Origin: a virus
Direction: 5' to 3' (one strand)
DNA: 64,000 nt
Virus record (IMG/VR): IMGVR_UViG_3300045988_150584
Under the pieces are notes generated by a model. That model was given only the letters and a program-made list of their open reading frames with translations. It was not told the origin of the DNA and did not search any database. This document shows, in pieces, positions 32,674 to 43,565 of the stretch (its first letter is position 1; each line of letters opens with the position of its first letter). The translations under genes were made by a program, and so were the position numbers.

Positions 32674-34542
32674 TTGGATATTCAAGATTTCGATGAGCAG
32701 AATTTACGGTGCTGCTGCCCATTTCACCAAGAGGATCACGCATCGTTCATATACAACCGAAAAACCTTCTCATTTCATTGCTTTGGTGCGTGTGCAAGAA
32801 ATTACGATATCCTTGATGTGTTTATTTACAAGGGTATGACTTACCTTCAGGCTTGCCAAAAGCTGTTTGAACTGGCTGGCATCAGATACAGCTTTGGTGA
32901 GCTTGGGGTTCACACCAAGCATCAGTACAAGTATCCGAAAGAAGTACCGATTGGAGATAAGTCGAAAATCTACGGATATTTCAAAAAGCGCTGCATTAGC
33001 CCAAGTACATTGGACTATGCAGATGTGCGACAGGATGAAGAAGGAAATATTGTTTGGAACTATTACGACACCAACGATGTTCTGACAATGGTTAAGTATC
33101 GCCCCTCTCGCAAGGTGCGTAAAGGCGAAAACAAATGTTGGTGTCAAAAAGGCGCTGATACATGCAATCTACTGTTCAATATGAACCGTGTAAATGTCAA
33201 TTCTCCGTTGCTGATCTGCGAAGGAGAACCTGATTGCTTGTCTGCTATTGAGGCTGGGTTTAGCAATGCCGTTTCTGTCCCGCTTGGAAGCACAAACTTT
33301 CACTGGATTGAAGAAAATTGGGATTGGTTGGAACAATTTGATAACATCATTATCTGTTCCGACAATGACGAGGCCGGCTATAAGATGCAGAAAGAGGTTG
33401 TGTATCGGCTTGGAAGCTGGAGAACACGGGTTGTTGAAGTACCGCAGATTTTTGAAACCGATGACGGTCGAAAATTTCCAGTAAACGATTTGAACGAAGC
33501 TCTTTATTATTTTGGTAAAGAGCGAGTGCTTGATTTAATCTTAAATGCTAAGGATAGTCCTGTCCCTGGTGTAATTGACTTCTCTGACATTCAGGATATT
33601 GATATTGACCAGATTGACGGCATCCGTACAGGAATTAAGACGCTTGATCGGTATTTGATGAAGATTTTCCTTGGTACATTGAATATCATCACCGGTATTA
33701 ACGGTGCTGGTAAAAGCTCGTTCATCAATCAGCTCATTATTCAGTCGTTAGAGGAAGAGAAAAATGTCTTTTTGTTCTCTGGTGAGCTTCCTAACTTTCA
33801 AACTAAGAATTGGCTTAATTCTGTGATTGCAGGTCAACGATATATCGACGAAAAGCATTCCGGAGAAGCCGTTTATTATAAGGTTCGTCCAGAAGCAAAG
33901 CGCTCCATTGATAATTTTTATCGTGGTCGGCTGCATATCTACGAAGATGGTCAGCCAAATACAAAAACTGCATTGATGACAACGATTGAAGATGCAGTTC
34001 GTAAGTATGGTGTAAAGCTTGTAATTCTGGATAACCTGACCGCAATCAATTTGGAATGCAGCGATGATAACAAATATAACAAACAAAGTGAATTTGTTAT
34101 GGAGCTTATTGCATTTGCAAAGAAGTTCAATGTTGCTATTGTGCTGGTTGTTCATCCTCATAAGATTGACACCATGCGCCGTCTTACAAAGATGGATGTC
34201 CAAGGTATTTCCGCAATCATTGATCTTGCTCATCGAATCATTAGCCTATACCGCGTACAGGAAAAAGACAAAAAGGGTGAGCCAAAGTTAAATGGCAGCG
34301 GTTGGAAAGTACCGCCAATTAAAGATGATGTCCTTATTGATATTCTTAAAGATCGAATGCTTGGTTACGAAGGTCGCAGTATTGGTGTGTTTTATGATAC
34401 GCCATCCAGACGATTTTTCCTAAATGAAGAAGACCTTGATAGAAAGTATTCATGGGACACAAAAACACACACAGGATCTTTGCCATATCCTCCGCCTCAA
34501 ATGATTGATGAGGAAGAAGAGGTGTTTGGTTCGGTTAGTTAG
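32674..34542 (+). CDS. DNA primase-helicase (zinc finger, TOPRIM, DnaB-like P-loop); true start probably upstream at 32596-32602
   Basis: CCCPFHQEDHASF...HCFGAC, LLICEGEPDCLS, GINGAGKSSF. Frame is open from 32590 with no ATG/GTG/TTG before TTG 32674. Confidence 0.85.
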   Translation: MDIQDFDEQNLRCCCPFHQEDHASFIYNRKTFSFHCFGACARNYDILDVFIYKGMTYLQACQKLFELAGIRYSFGELGVHTKHQYKYPKEVPIGDKSKIYGYFKKRCISPSTLDYADVRQDEEGNIVWNYYDTNDVLTMVKYRPSRKVRKGENKCWCQKGADTCNLLFNMNRVNVNSPLLICEGEPDCLSAIEAGFSNAVSVPLGSTNFHWIEENWDWLEQFDNIIICSDNDEAGYKMQKEVVYRLGSWRTRVVEVPQIFETDDGRKFPVNDLNEALYYFGKERVLDLILNAKDSPVPGVIDFSDIQDIDIDQIDGIRTGIKTLDRYLMKIFLGTLNIITGINGAGKSSFINQLIIQSLEEEKNVFLFSGELPNFQTKNWLNSVIAGQRYIDEKHSGEAVYYKVRPEAKRSIDNFYRGRLHIYEDGQPNTKTALMTTIEDAVRKYGVKLVILDNLTAINLECSDDNKYNKQSEFVMELIAFAKKFNVAIVLVVHPHKIDTMRRLTKMDVQGISAIIDLAHRIISLYRVQEKDKKGEPKLNGSGWKVPPIKDDVLIDILKDRMLGYEGRSIGVFYDTPSRRFFLNEEDLDRKYSWDTKTHTGSLPYPPPQMIDEEEEVFGSVS

Positions 34543-34584
34543 GAGGTGTGAGCGATTTCGGGCAAAAATTATACCGCTTATCAT

Positions 34585-37500
34585 GTGCATACTGAATTAT
34601 CGCTGTTGGATAGCTGTACTAATTACAAGCTGTATGTCGATAAGGCTGTTGAGCTTGGACAGAAAGCCCTTGCTTTTACAGAGCATGGCAACATCTATCA
34701 GTGGGTAGAGAAAAAGATGTATTGCGATGCCAAAGGAATTAAGTATCTGCACGGCATTGAATGCTATCTTACGGAAACGCATGAGCCAAATCCTGAAACG
34801 GGATCAAAGGTTCGTGATAACTACCATACAATTCTGATTGCAAAAAACTATGCGGGTGTTCTTGAGTTGAATAAGCTTGTAAGTATTTCAACAACAGATT
34901 CTCACACCTACTACAAGCCGCGAATTTCATTTGATGAATTTCTTGGGACTTCAAAAAACATCATCAAAATCAGCGCTTGTCTTGCTTCTCCGCTGAATAA
35001 GCTCCCATTTTCTCATAAACGGTATATGGAGCTGGCGCGGCATTATGATTATTTTGAGATTCAGCCGCATGATTTCCAAGAACAAAAGGATTTCAATTTA
35101 CATCTTGCTCAGCTATCCAGAGAACTTGGCAAGCCGCTGATTGCCGGCACGGATACGCACAGCATTGATAAATACAAGGCTGAGTGCCGAAGTATTCTTC
35201 TTGCCGCAAAGCATATCGAATATAGCGATGAAGACAGTTTTGACTTGACTTATAAGAGTTATGATGAACTGGTTGAGATGTTCAGAAAACAAAACGCTCT
35301 TCCAGAAAGTCTATATCTTGAGGCAATCGAAAACACAAACCGTATGGCTGATTCTGTCGAAAGTTTTGATTTGGACTTATCTTTTAAGTATCCAAAGCTT
35401 TATGGCAGCAGAGACAAGGAAGTATTTGTAGAGCGAATTAAGAGCGGGCTTGAAACCAAGCTTTTGTCTGGCGCTATTTCAAAAGAGCAGCTTCCTAACT
35501 TCAAGTCGGCTATTGCTGAAGAATGCCGAGTGTTTGACAAAATCGACATGTCAGGATTCATGCTGTTTATGTCAGAGCTTGTTACATGGTGCAAGTCAAA
35601 CGGCATTCCTGTTGGGTTCAACCGTGGCTCATGTGGCGGATCTCGTGTGGCCTACGTTACCGATATTACAGACTTAAATCCAGAGACCTGGCATACAGTA
35701 TTCTCTCGTTTCTGTAATGAAGATCGTAAGGAAATCGGTGATATTGATATCGACGTCTCCCCGTCTGACAGAGACCGAGTGTATGAGTACATTATCAATC
35801 GTTTTGGGCAGGATAAAACCGCGTTTATTCTTGCTGTTGGCACGATTAAGTCCAAGGGTTGTATTGATGAGATTTGCCGTGCGCTTGGTGTTCGGTGGAA
35901 CAAAGAGCATCAACACGACTTGAAAGACCTGAAAGCGGTACTTAAATCACTGAAAGATCTAAATGTCGAAATTCTATTTGGTGATGCAAGAGATGGTAAT
36001 GTGACCTATTACTTCGATAAGGAGAATGGGAATCAGCTTATTTTCCAGAGCAGATTAAGTAATACGCCAAGATCGGAGTTAATCAAGTATTACACCAAGG
36101 AATACGACAAGCTCAAAGCAGAAAACGAAAAGATTTTTGAAAAGAATCCGTGGACTGGAAAAATCAACAGCGTTATTAAGCAGGAGTTTGAAGCAGATCA
36201 GGAGGCGGCGAGAAAAAAGTATTCTGAGGTGTTTTACTACTACGATGGTCTTCTCGATACTGCAATCTCTCAGTCGATGCACCCAGCGGGCATTGTAGCG
36301 AGTCCAATCACTTTGGCGGATCATTATGGCACATTTGAAGATGCAGATGGGCATGTGTTACTTCAGATTGATATGGAGTGTGTGCATGAGGTAAGCCTTG
36401 TTAAATACGATATTCTTGGTTTGAAGAATATTGAGATTATCAAGGATGCGTATGACTTAATTGGACTTCCGTATCCAAAGTCGCATGAGATTAACTGGTC
36501 TGATGAAGCCGTATGGAAAGATATGCTTCGCTCGCCTGTTGGGGTGTTCCAGTTTGAAGGAGATTTCGCACATTCCATGTTGAGGCAGTATGTTCCTCAT
36601 AGCATCTTTGACATGTCGTTGATTACTGCAGCATTAAGACCGTCCGGTGCTTCTTATCGTGATGATTTGATGCAACATAAGCCGCACAAGAATCCGTCAG
36701 CAATTATCGACGATCTTCTGAAAGACAATAACGGATATTTGATCTATCAGGAGGATGTTATTAAGTTCTTGCAACAGATTTGCGGCTTTTCTGGTTCTGA
36801 CGCAGATAACACGCGCCGTGCTATTGGTCGTAAGGATGAAGAGCGTTTGAAAAAAGCGCTTCCTCAGATTCTTGAGGGATATTGTGAAAAGTCAACGCAG
36901 CCGCGTAACATTGCGGAGCAGGAAGCAAAAGAGTTCCTACAAATTATCGAAGACGCTTCCAGCTATATGTTCGGTTATAATCATTCAATCGGTTATTGTA
37001 TGATTGGCTATTTGTGTGCCTATCTCCGTTATTATTATCCGTTTGAGTTCATCACTGCATATTTGAACAATGCAAATAACGAGGATGATATTAAAAACGG
37101 AAGCGCACTTGCCGAACTGTATGGAATTCAGATTGTTCCTCCGAGGTTTGGCTTGTCAAAAGACAAGTATCTGTTTGATAAGAAGTCTCAGGTAATTGCT
37201 AAGGGCATTGAGTCTATCAAATACATGAACAGCACTGTGGCGAATGAGTTGTACGAAATCTCTCAAAAGCATAAGCCAAATACTTTCATGGAGCTGCTGT
37301 GTCTAATGGCGGTTGAAAGCTCGTTAGATACGAGACAAAGAGATATCCTTATCAAGATTGACTACTTTAGAGATTTTGGTAATATCCCAGAGCTAAGCAG
37401 AATCGTCAGTTTCTTCTCATTCTTCAAAAATGGCACAGCAAAGCGAGTTCAGAAAGATAAGCTGAGCGATGAAATGATTAAGCTGGTTTCTCAGTATGGC

Positions 37501-37923
37501 ACAGATAAAAACAAAGACGGAACATCTGGTAAATCATTTGTGATTACAGATATTGGCGGTTTGCTTGTAGCCTGTGAGAAAGCTGTAAAATCACTGAATC
37601 TCCCCGATGTTGATTTGAAAAATAAGATTCAGACGCAGCTTGAGCTTATGGGGTATATTGATCTGACAACAAAAAAGCCAGAAGATCGCCGTAAGCTTCT
37701 GATTACGGATGTGTTTCCCTTTGTAAGCAAAAAGGATAATAACATCTGGGGATATGCAGTTCAAACAAGGTCAATCGGTAGTGGCAAGGCTGCGCGGCTT
37801 ACTATTCGTAGCTACCGATATAAAAAGAATCCTATTAAGAGATTCGATATTATTCAGGCAAAAGAGTTAGGAAAAAACAAGAGTGGGTATTGGTATTTGC
37901 TCGATTACGAACTAATTGCCTAA
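34585..37923 (+). CDS. dnaE: DNA polymerase III alpha subunit (PHP domain plus polymerase core); probable ATT start at 34555
   Basis: AYHVHTELSLLDS PHP motif spans the GTG of the track ORF. AGGAGGTG 34541-34548 lies 6 nt before ATT 34555. Confidence 0.9.
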   Translation: MHTELSLLDSCTNYKLYVDKAVELGQKALAFTEHGNIYQWVEKKMYCDAKGIKYLHGIECYLTETHEPNPETGSKVRDNYHTILIAKNYAGVLELNKLVSISTTDSHTYYKPRISFDEFLGTSKNIIKISACLASPLNKLPFSHKRYMELARHYDYFEIQPHDFQEQKDFNLHLAQLSRELGKPLIAGTDTHSIDKYKAECRSILLAAKHIEYSDEDSFDLTYKSYDELVEMFRKQNALPESLYLEAIENTNRMADSVESFDLDLSFKYPKLYGSRDKEVFVERIKSGLETKLLSGAISKEQLPNFKSAIAEECRVFDKIDMSGFMLFMSELVTWCKSNGIPVGFNRGSCGGSRVAYVTDITDLNPETWHTVFSRFCNEDRKEIGDIDIDVSPSDRDRVYEYIINRFGQDKTAFILAVGTIKSKGCIDEICRALGVRWNKEHQHDLKDLKAVLKSLKDLNVEILFGDARDGNVTYYFDKENGNQLIFQSRLSNTPRSELIKYYTKEYDKLKAENEKIFEKNPWTGKINSVIKQEFEADQEAARKKYSEVFYYYDGLLDTAISQSMHPAGIVASPITLADHYGTFEDADGHVLLQIDMECVHEVSLVKYDILGLKNIEIIKDAYDLIGLPYPKSHEINWSDEAVWKDMLRSPVGVFQFEGDFAHSMLRQYVPHSIFDMSLITAALRPSGASYRDDLMQHKPHKNPSAIIDDLLKDNNGYLIYQEDVIKFLQQICGFSGSDADNTRRAIGRKDEERLKKALPQILEGYCEKSTQPRNIAEQEAKEFLQIIEDASSYMFGYNHSIGYCMIGYLCAYLRYYYPFEFITAYLNNANNEDDIKNGSALAELYGIQIVPPRFGLSKDKYLFDKKSQVIAKGIESIKYMNSTVANELYEISQKHKPNTFMELLCLMAVESSLDTRQRDILIKIDYFRDFGNIPELSRIVSFFSFFKNGTAKRVQKDKLSDEMIKLVSQYGTDKNKDGTSGKSFVITDIGGLLVACEKAVKSLNLPDVDLKNKIQTQLELMGYIDLTTKKPEDRRKLLITDVFPFVSKKDNNIWGYAVQTRSIGSGKAARLTIRSYRYKKNPIKRFDIIQAKELGKNKSGYWYLLDYELIA

Positions 37924-37944
37924 ACAAGAAAGGACGTAACGAAC

Positions 37945-38631
37945 ATGTGTGGTAAACACTTAGCAAAACGCAAAAAAAATCACGCACCGCTGGTTGCTGT
38001 ACTTGCAATCTGCGCTATCGTGGCTGTTGTTATTACAGAAGTGATAAGCTGTTCTCAGGACGCAAAGGCGTATGAGTTTTATGATTCGTACAGTTATCCA
38101 GTGACTACATCATATGTAACTCCGTCGAAAGAAATTGTTGTAGACAACACGGAAGAATTTGATGTTAAAGCTGAGGACATTGAGTATGTCGATGTTGAAT
38201 TTGCAGATTTGGTTATAAGCGAACCAGAACCAGTTGTCGAATCAGAGCCGCAGTATTCGGAAGAAGATCTTGATTTACTTGCGAGGTTGATGACGGCAGA
38301 AATGGGAAGCGAATGGGTTTCGGATGAGGTGCAGTTATATGTCGGCAGCGTACCACTTAACAGAATGAAGAGCGATGCTTTTCCAGGTGAGACATTATAC
38401 GATGTGATTTATCAAGAAGGTCAATACTCCCCGACTTGGACTGGCGCAATTAACAACACACCAGATGAACGCACGATTGAAAATGCCAAGAAACTTCTAA
38501 CAGAAGGTAGCGTTTTGCCAGAAAATGTTGTGTTCCAAGCGAATTTTAAGCAAGGCGATGGTGTTTACTATGAATACTATGATGAGATCCTTGGCACAAC
38601 CACTTATTTTTGCTACTTAGGAAATAGTTAA
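37945..38631 (+). CDS. SleB-like cell-wall hydrolase with N-terminal TM
   Basis: LLARLMTAEMGSEW...VPLNRMKSDAFPGETLYDVIYQEGQYSP. Confidence 0.7.
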   Translation: MCGKHLAKRKKNHAPLVAVLAICAIVAVVITEVISCSQDAKAYEFYDSYSYPVTTSYVTPSKEIVVDNTEEFDVKAEDIEYVDVEFADLVISEPEPVVESEPQYSEEDLDLLARLMTAEMGSEWVSDEVQLYVGSVPLNRMKSDAFPGETLYDVIYQEGQYSPTWTGAINNTPDERTIENAKKLLTEGSVLPENVVFQANFKQGDGVYYEYYDEILGTTTYFCYLGNS

Positions 38632-38636
38632 ACAAT
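38620..38636 (+). promoter_or_regulatory. Leader motif instance GGAAATAGTTAAACAAT
   Basis: Contains stop TAA 38629-38631; GGAGG follows. Confidence 0.4.
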
Positions 38637-38650
38637 CGGAGGAATGAAGA

Positions 38651-39655
38651 TTGAAGATTGTAAAACCAAATGCTGAACTTATGTTTGCCCCCAATAATGA
38701 TCTTTTTGCATTAAAGCACTTAGAGTCAGTCGGGAGAACATGCTATAAGAGCGAAAACAATATTACCGATGATTCGTGTATCAATTTTGTTTCCGGAATT
38801 ATTAAGCGTGGACATGAAGCCGTTATTGAACACTATTCTTTCATCTATGAGCTGAATGATGTGAGCTTGGACAGTCTTGAGTTTTTAATTAAAAATCTGT
38901 CTGATAATGGATTCAATAGTTACCTTCGTATTACATACGATAAGCGTCCGGTTGTTTCTGGAAATGTGAGAGCATGGAGAGAACTTTTCAAGTGGGCGAC
39001 AAAGCTTGGATACCGTATTCCTGGATATATGAAGTCATTTGTATATGCGTATCCTTTGTTTTTCCCAGAATACAAAGACTCGTTGTTTTCAACAGAGGTA
39101 GATGAAGATTATGTGTTTACACCATTGAGTGTAGCTGGTTTGCATGGCGATATCGAGCTGCTGACGCATGTTGATATCACAGCTCGTCTTACAAACGACC
39201 GTGGCGTGTCTCACGAGGAAGTCCGCCATCGCCCAGCGAGTTTTGCGCAGGAAAGTACACGATACTGCAACTATTCTAAGGACAAATTTGACAATACGAT
39301 TTCCTATATTGATCTTTTTGGCGGTATGGAGCTTGATAACAAGGTCAAAGGAATGTCTGCAAATGAAAAATCTGCAATTTATGATGAATGGGTATCGGCC
39401 TGTGAAGATGCAGAGCGTCACTACTTCAAAATGCTTGAGCTTGGGGCAACTCCGCAGATTGCTCGTTCCGTGCTAAATAACTCTACAAAAACAGAAATTT
39501 GCATTACGATGAATCTTGCTGAATGGAGGCACTTCTTTACCTTGCGACTCTCACCGGCAGCGCATCCGCAAATGCGTGAAGTAGCGTCTATGCTACTTGA
39601 TCGGTTTGATACGGAATTTCCTCAGTATCATAAATATGTTGGGGTGAGCGAATGA
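38651..39655 (+). CDS. thyX: FAD-dependent thymidylate synthase ThyX-like (long form, 334 aa)
   Basis: RGHEAVIEH and RHRPASFAQESTRY (ThyX RHRxxSxxxQSxRY signature). Confidence 0.8.
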   Translation: MKIVKPNAELMFAPNNDLFALKHLESVGRTCYKSENNITDDSCINFVSGIIKRGHEAVIEHYSFIYELNDVSLDSLEFLIKNLSDNGFNSYLRITYDKRPVVSGNVRAWRELFKWATKLGYRIPGYMKSFVYAYPLFFPEYKDSLFSTEVDEDYVFTPLSVAGLHGDIELLTHVDITARLTNDRGVSHEEVRHRPASFAQESTRYCNYSKDKFDNTISYIDLFGGMELDNKVKGMSANEKSAIYDEWVSACEDAERHYFKMLELGATPQIARSVLNNSTKTEICITMNLAEWRHFFTLRLSPAAHPQMREVASMLLDRFDTEFPQYHKYVGVSE

Positions 39656-40182
39656 AAGTGATTTGTATTTCTGGTAAAGCGCAACACGGGAAAGATACAT
39701 CTGCAAATTTACTTCGTGAGGAATTAGTTAATCAATGTCAAAGCGTCCTTGTAACGCACTATGCCGATTTGCTGAAGTACATCTGCCGTAATTTCTTTGA
39801 TTGGGACGGAAAGAAAGACGATGCTGGTCGCAAGCTTTTACAGTATGTTGGGACGGATGTGGTTCGTCAGAAGCGTCCGGATTTCTGGGTGAGTTTTCTC
39901 GTCAATGTACTCGATCTGTTTCCAGATGAATGGGATTATGTTTTAATTCCGGATTGTCGTTTCCCAAACGAAATTGAGGCTATGAGAAACGCTGGCTTTG
40001 ATGTAACGCATTTACGAATTGTGCGACCAAATTTTAATAGTCCACTCACAGTGGAGCAACAGCAGCATCCGTCAGAAACAGCGCTTGATAGCTACCATGC
40101 AGATTATGTGATTTGCAACGATGGTACAATCTCAGATCTAAAACGCAAACTATCAAATTGGCTTGGAGGTGAACAGCATTAA
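39652..40182 (+). CDS. deoxynucleoside monophosphate kinase-like P-loop protein
   Basis: ISGKAQHGKDT Walker A. Confidence 0.6.
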   Translation: MKVICISGKAQHGKDTSANLLREELVNQCQSVLVTHYADLLKYICRNFFDWDGKKDDAGRKLLQYVGTDVVRQKRPDFWVSFLVNVLDLFPDEWDYVLIPDCRFPNEIEAMRNAGFDVTHLRIVRPNFNSPLTVEQQQHPSETALDSYHADYVICNDGTISDLKRKLSNWLGGEQH

Positions 40183-40738
40183 GCGTTTGACAATTCTTAT
40201 TGATATGGACGATGTGTTAGAAAACCTTGTTGAATGTTGGGTTGCTGCGCTGAACCGAAAACACGGAACTACGGTTAAGCCAGAAGATATCACAAACTGG
40301 CTGATCGGTGAATTCTTCCCGTCTCTTACAAAAGAAGAACTGTTTGCCCCTTTGAATGATCCAGCATTCTGGGGAAATCTTTCTCCTATGCCGTTCGCAC
40401 AGGATGTTATTTGCCGGCTGATTGACGATGGACATTTGGTTCGGGTTGTAACTTCGTCTTACTACAACACCGTTCCGCCAAAGATGACTTGGCTATTTAA
40501 GCATTATCCGTACCTATGTTGGAAAGATGTCATTATTGCACATGACAAGAAACTTATTAACGGTGACGTTCTGATTGATGACGGCGTTCACAATCTCGAA
40601 AACGCAAAATACAAAAAGCTTCTTTTTGATCAGCCGCACAACAGAAGCTATAACGCAGAAGAAAATGGCATGATTCGTGTTCACGATTGGAACGAGATTT
40701 ACCGTGCTATTTGCGAAATCGCAGGAGGCGAAGAATGA
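40163..40738 (+). CDS. 5'(3')-deoxyribonucleotidase (HAD, NT5C-like)
   Basis: ILIDMDDVLENL HAD motif I. Confidence 0.65.
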   Translation: MEVNSIKRLTILIDMDDVLENLVECWVAALNRKHGTTVKPEDITNWLIGEFFPSLTKEELFAPLNDPAFWGNLSPMPFAQDVICRLIDDGHLVRVVTSSYYNTVPPKMTWLFKHYPYLCWKDVIIAHDKKLINGDVLIDDGVHNLENAKYKKLLFDQPHNRSYNAEENGMIRVHDWNEIYRAICEIAGGEE

Positions 40739-43035
40739 TTACAGAAATTCGGAAAAGAGACGGTCGTATTGAACCGTTTGATGCAAGTAAAATTGCCAAT
40801 GCAATTACAAAGGCGATGGTATCTGTCGATGAAGTCGATGGCGATGTAGCTTTGCGCGTTACAAGCAAAATCTCAAATTCTAACCTTTCTGGAGTTGTTG
40901 ATGTTGAGCAGATTCAGGACATGGTTGAAGACGGTTTGATGGGAAGCCGCTGTAAGAAGACTGCGAAAGCTTACATCAAGTATCGTGAGAAACGCAATCA
41001 GGAGCGCCAGAAGAACAACGAACTGAATAAGCAGATTGAAGATATCCTCTTGTGCAACAATGTTCAAAACCAGAACGCAAATGTCGATGAGCATTCGTTT
41101 GGCGGCAGAAAATTTGAAAGCGCAAATGTACTCCACAAAAATATTGCAATGAATGTGTTTGTACGACCTGAGGTTGCGCAGGCTCATAGGGAGTCGAGAA
41201 TCTATCTGCACGATTTGTCAGAGTACGATATTGGAGATCATAACTGCCTATTTGCAGATCTTGGACGATTGCTCCATAACGGCTTTGCCACAAGAAATGG
41301 TGATGTTCGCCCAGCAAACAGCTTTTCTACGGCCTGCCAGCTTATCGCTGTTATTTTCCAGATTCAGAGTCAGGTTCAGTTTGGCGGAGTCGCATCTTGC
41401 CATATTGACTATGATCTTGCTCCGTTTGTGAAAAAGAGTTTTGTCAAAAAGTATGTCATGGCTCTTGTAAAAGCAAGCGCAGAATTTGGAGAAACTGACT
41501 TTTCTATTATGACAGATGAAGAGCTTGATGATTTTATCAAGAAAATCAAGCCTGTAATTTTAGAGCGCGTCGGTTTATCCGAAAGCGATATTTATATCGA
41601 CAACAAGGCGAACCTTGATCCTGTTATGTACAATCAGGCGTATTTTGACTTGATGTGTGAGGGCAAACAGTCGGCACAAAGCTTGTATCACAATCTGAAC
41701 ACATTGGAAAGCCGCGCGGGATCTCAGATTCCGTTTACATCAATCAATTTTGGTACGGACACATCGACAGAGGGCAAGCTCGTTTCAAAGTGGCTTATGG
41801 CTGCAAGTCTTGATGGTATTGGCAAATATCACCTCACACCAATTTTCCCAATCAGTATCTTCAAGTACAAAAACGGTGTGAACGCTCATAATGGTGATCC
41901 GAACTACGATATCAAAAAGCTTGCCATTAAGTCACTGAGCAGAAGAATTTATCCCAATATTGTCAACTGCAATTTCTCAGGAAACATTGAAGAACCTGGC
42001 AATCCAGATACGGAGATGGCAACAATGGGTTGTAGAACGATGATGGGATATGACAGAAATGGGCTTGGATATTCTAAACTTGGGCGCGGAAATGTTTGCC
42101 CGACTACAATCAATCTCCCGAAGCTTGGTATCAAACATGGTATTTGTCTTGGCGAGCGTGATACCGCTGATTTAGACGGATTCTGGGAAGAGCTTGACGA
42201 AGTGCTACATCTTACAGAAATGTCCCTTGTAGACCGATTCTATCATGTGTGCAAACAGTCCGTTGCCTCTGCAAAGTTTATGTATGGCAATGGAACGATC
42301 GCAGATTATGATAAGGCTTCTTATAAGGGCATTTACGAAGCGATGAAGCATGGAACTCTCGCCGTTGGCTATATCGGTATTGCAGAGATGTGTCAGGCGC
42401 TTTTTGGAAAAGATCATTCTGAAGATGATGAGGTCTGGAAGTTTGCATTGAGCGTCGTAAAACACATTTATGATTTTTGCGTAGAGGCAAGCGAAAAGCA
42501 CGGGCTGAACTTCTCATGCTATGCTACGCCGGCAGAAAATCTGTGCCGCACTTATGCTACTGCTTTGAAAAAGGAATTCGGTGTAATTCCGAAAGTAACA
42601 GATCGTGAGTATATCACAAATTCTCACCATGTTCCCGTTTGGCAGAAGGTATCTATCTACAGAAAGCTTGAATTGGAAGCTCCGTTCTGCAAGTATCCGA
42701 CTGGCGGCTGCATTACCTATATCGAACTGGAAAGCTCGATTATGAAGAACGAAAGGGCTGTTGAAGATATCATTGACTACGCTATGTCGCTTGATATTCC
42801 GTATCTTGCATTTAACTTCCCGATTGACTCATGCCTCAAGTGTGGGTATCAGGGTGAGATTGGATATAACTGCCCCAAGTGCGGCAATACGGAAATTCAG
42901 CGTCTTCGTCGAGTTACCGGATATCTTACGACAGATTACCGTAATTTCAATGCTGGAAAAATCAAAGAATGCCTTGATCGAGTTAAGCACAGCAACTATA
43001 CAGACTTCAATCAAATGAAGGATGATGCTGAGTGA
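40735..43035 (+). CDS. nrdD: anaerobic ribonucleoside-triphosphate reductase
   Basis: N-terminal ATP-cone (ITEIRKRDGRIEPFD), C-terminal CLKCG...CPKCG and glycyl-radical RRVTGYL; ATG 40735. Confidence 0.9.
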   Translation: MITEIRKRDGRIEPFDASKIANAITKAMVSVDEVDGDVALRVTSKISNSNLSGVVDVEQIQDMVEDGLMGSRCKKTAKAYIKYREKRNQERQKNNELNKQIEDILLCNNVQNQNANVDEHSFGGRKFESANVLHKNIAMNVFVRPEVAQAHRESRIYLHDLSEYDIGDHNCLFADLGRLLHNGFATRNGDVRPANSFSTACQLIAVIFQIQSQVQFGGVASCHIDYDLAPFVKKSFVKKYVMALVKASAEFGETDFSIMTDEELDDFIKKIKPVILERVGLSESDIYIDNKANLDPVMYNQAYFDLMCEGKQSAQSLYHNLNTLESRAGSQIPFTSINFGTDTSTEGKLVSKWLMAASLDGIGKYHLTPIFPISIFKYKNGVNAHNGDPNYDIKKLAIKSLSRRIYPNIVNCNFSGNIEEPGNPDTEMATMGCRTMMGYDRNGLGYSKLGRGNVCPTTINLPKLGIKHGICLGERDTADLDGFWEELDEVLHLTEMSLVDRFYHVCKQSVASAKFMYGNGTIADYDKASYKGIYEAMKHGTLAVGYIGIAEMCQALFGKDHSEDDEVWKFALSVVKHIYDFCVEASEKHGLNFSCYATPAENLCRTYATALKKEFGVIPKVTDREYITNSHHVPVWQKVSIYRKLELEAPFCKYPTGGCITYIELESSIMKNERAVEDIIDYAMSLDIPYLAFNFPIDSCLKCGYQGEIGYNCPKCGNTEIQRLRRVTGYLTTDYRNFNAGKIKECLDRVKHSNYTDFNQMKDDAE

Positions 43036-43565
43036 ATGTATCTGGCATTAACTTTGAATCCATAGCGGATGGTGATGGTGTTCGGGTTGTGGTGTATATT
43101 AGCGGCTGTTTGCACAACTGCAAGGGATGCCACAATCCAACATCCCACTCTTTCATGGCTGGCAGACCTTTTACAGAAGAGCTGCAGCGTGAGGTTATAG
43201 AGTACATCAAGAAAACACCATTTATTTCTGGATTAACATTAAGCGGTGGAGATCCTATGTATTCTGCAAGTGAGCTTGTGCCGTTTGTGACAGCTTTGAA
43301 AGAGGATATAAAAGATATCTCCGTGTGGATTTACTCAGGATTTAGCTATGAAAAAATACTGGAAAACAGTGAAATGCTAAGTCTTTTATCATTGTGTGAT
43401 GTGCTTGTTGATGGAGAGTTCATTCTTGAGCAGAGAGATATGACGCTTTGCTATAAAGGAAGCTCAAATCAAAGAATCATTGACATTCCCAAATCGCTCT
43501 CATCTGGAGAGATTATTCTATGGAAAAGCGAGGTAGTCGCAGTTGAACAGAATTGCAAAGTTTGA
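43032..43565 (+). CDS. nrdG: anaerobic RNR activating radical-SAM protein
   Basis: DGDGVRVVVYISGCLHNCKGCHN. Confidence 0.85.
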   Translation: MNVSGINFESIADGDGVRVVVYISGCLHNCKGCHNPTSHSFMAGRPFTEELQREVIEYIKKTPFISGLTLSGGDPMYSASELVPFVTALKEDIKDISVWIYSGFSYEKILENSEMLSLLSLCDVLVDGEFILEQRDMTLCYKGSSNQRIIDIPKSLSSGEIILWKSEVVAVEQNCKV

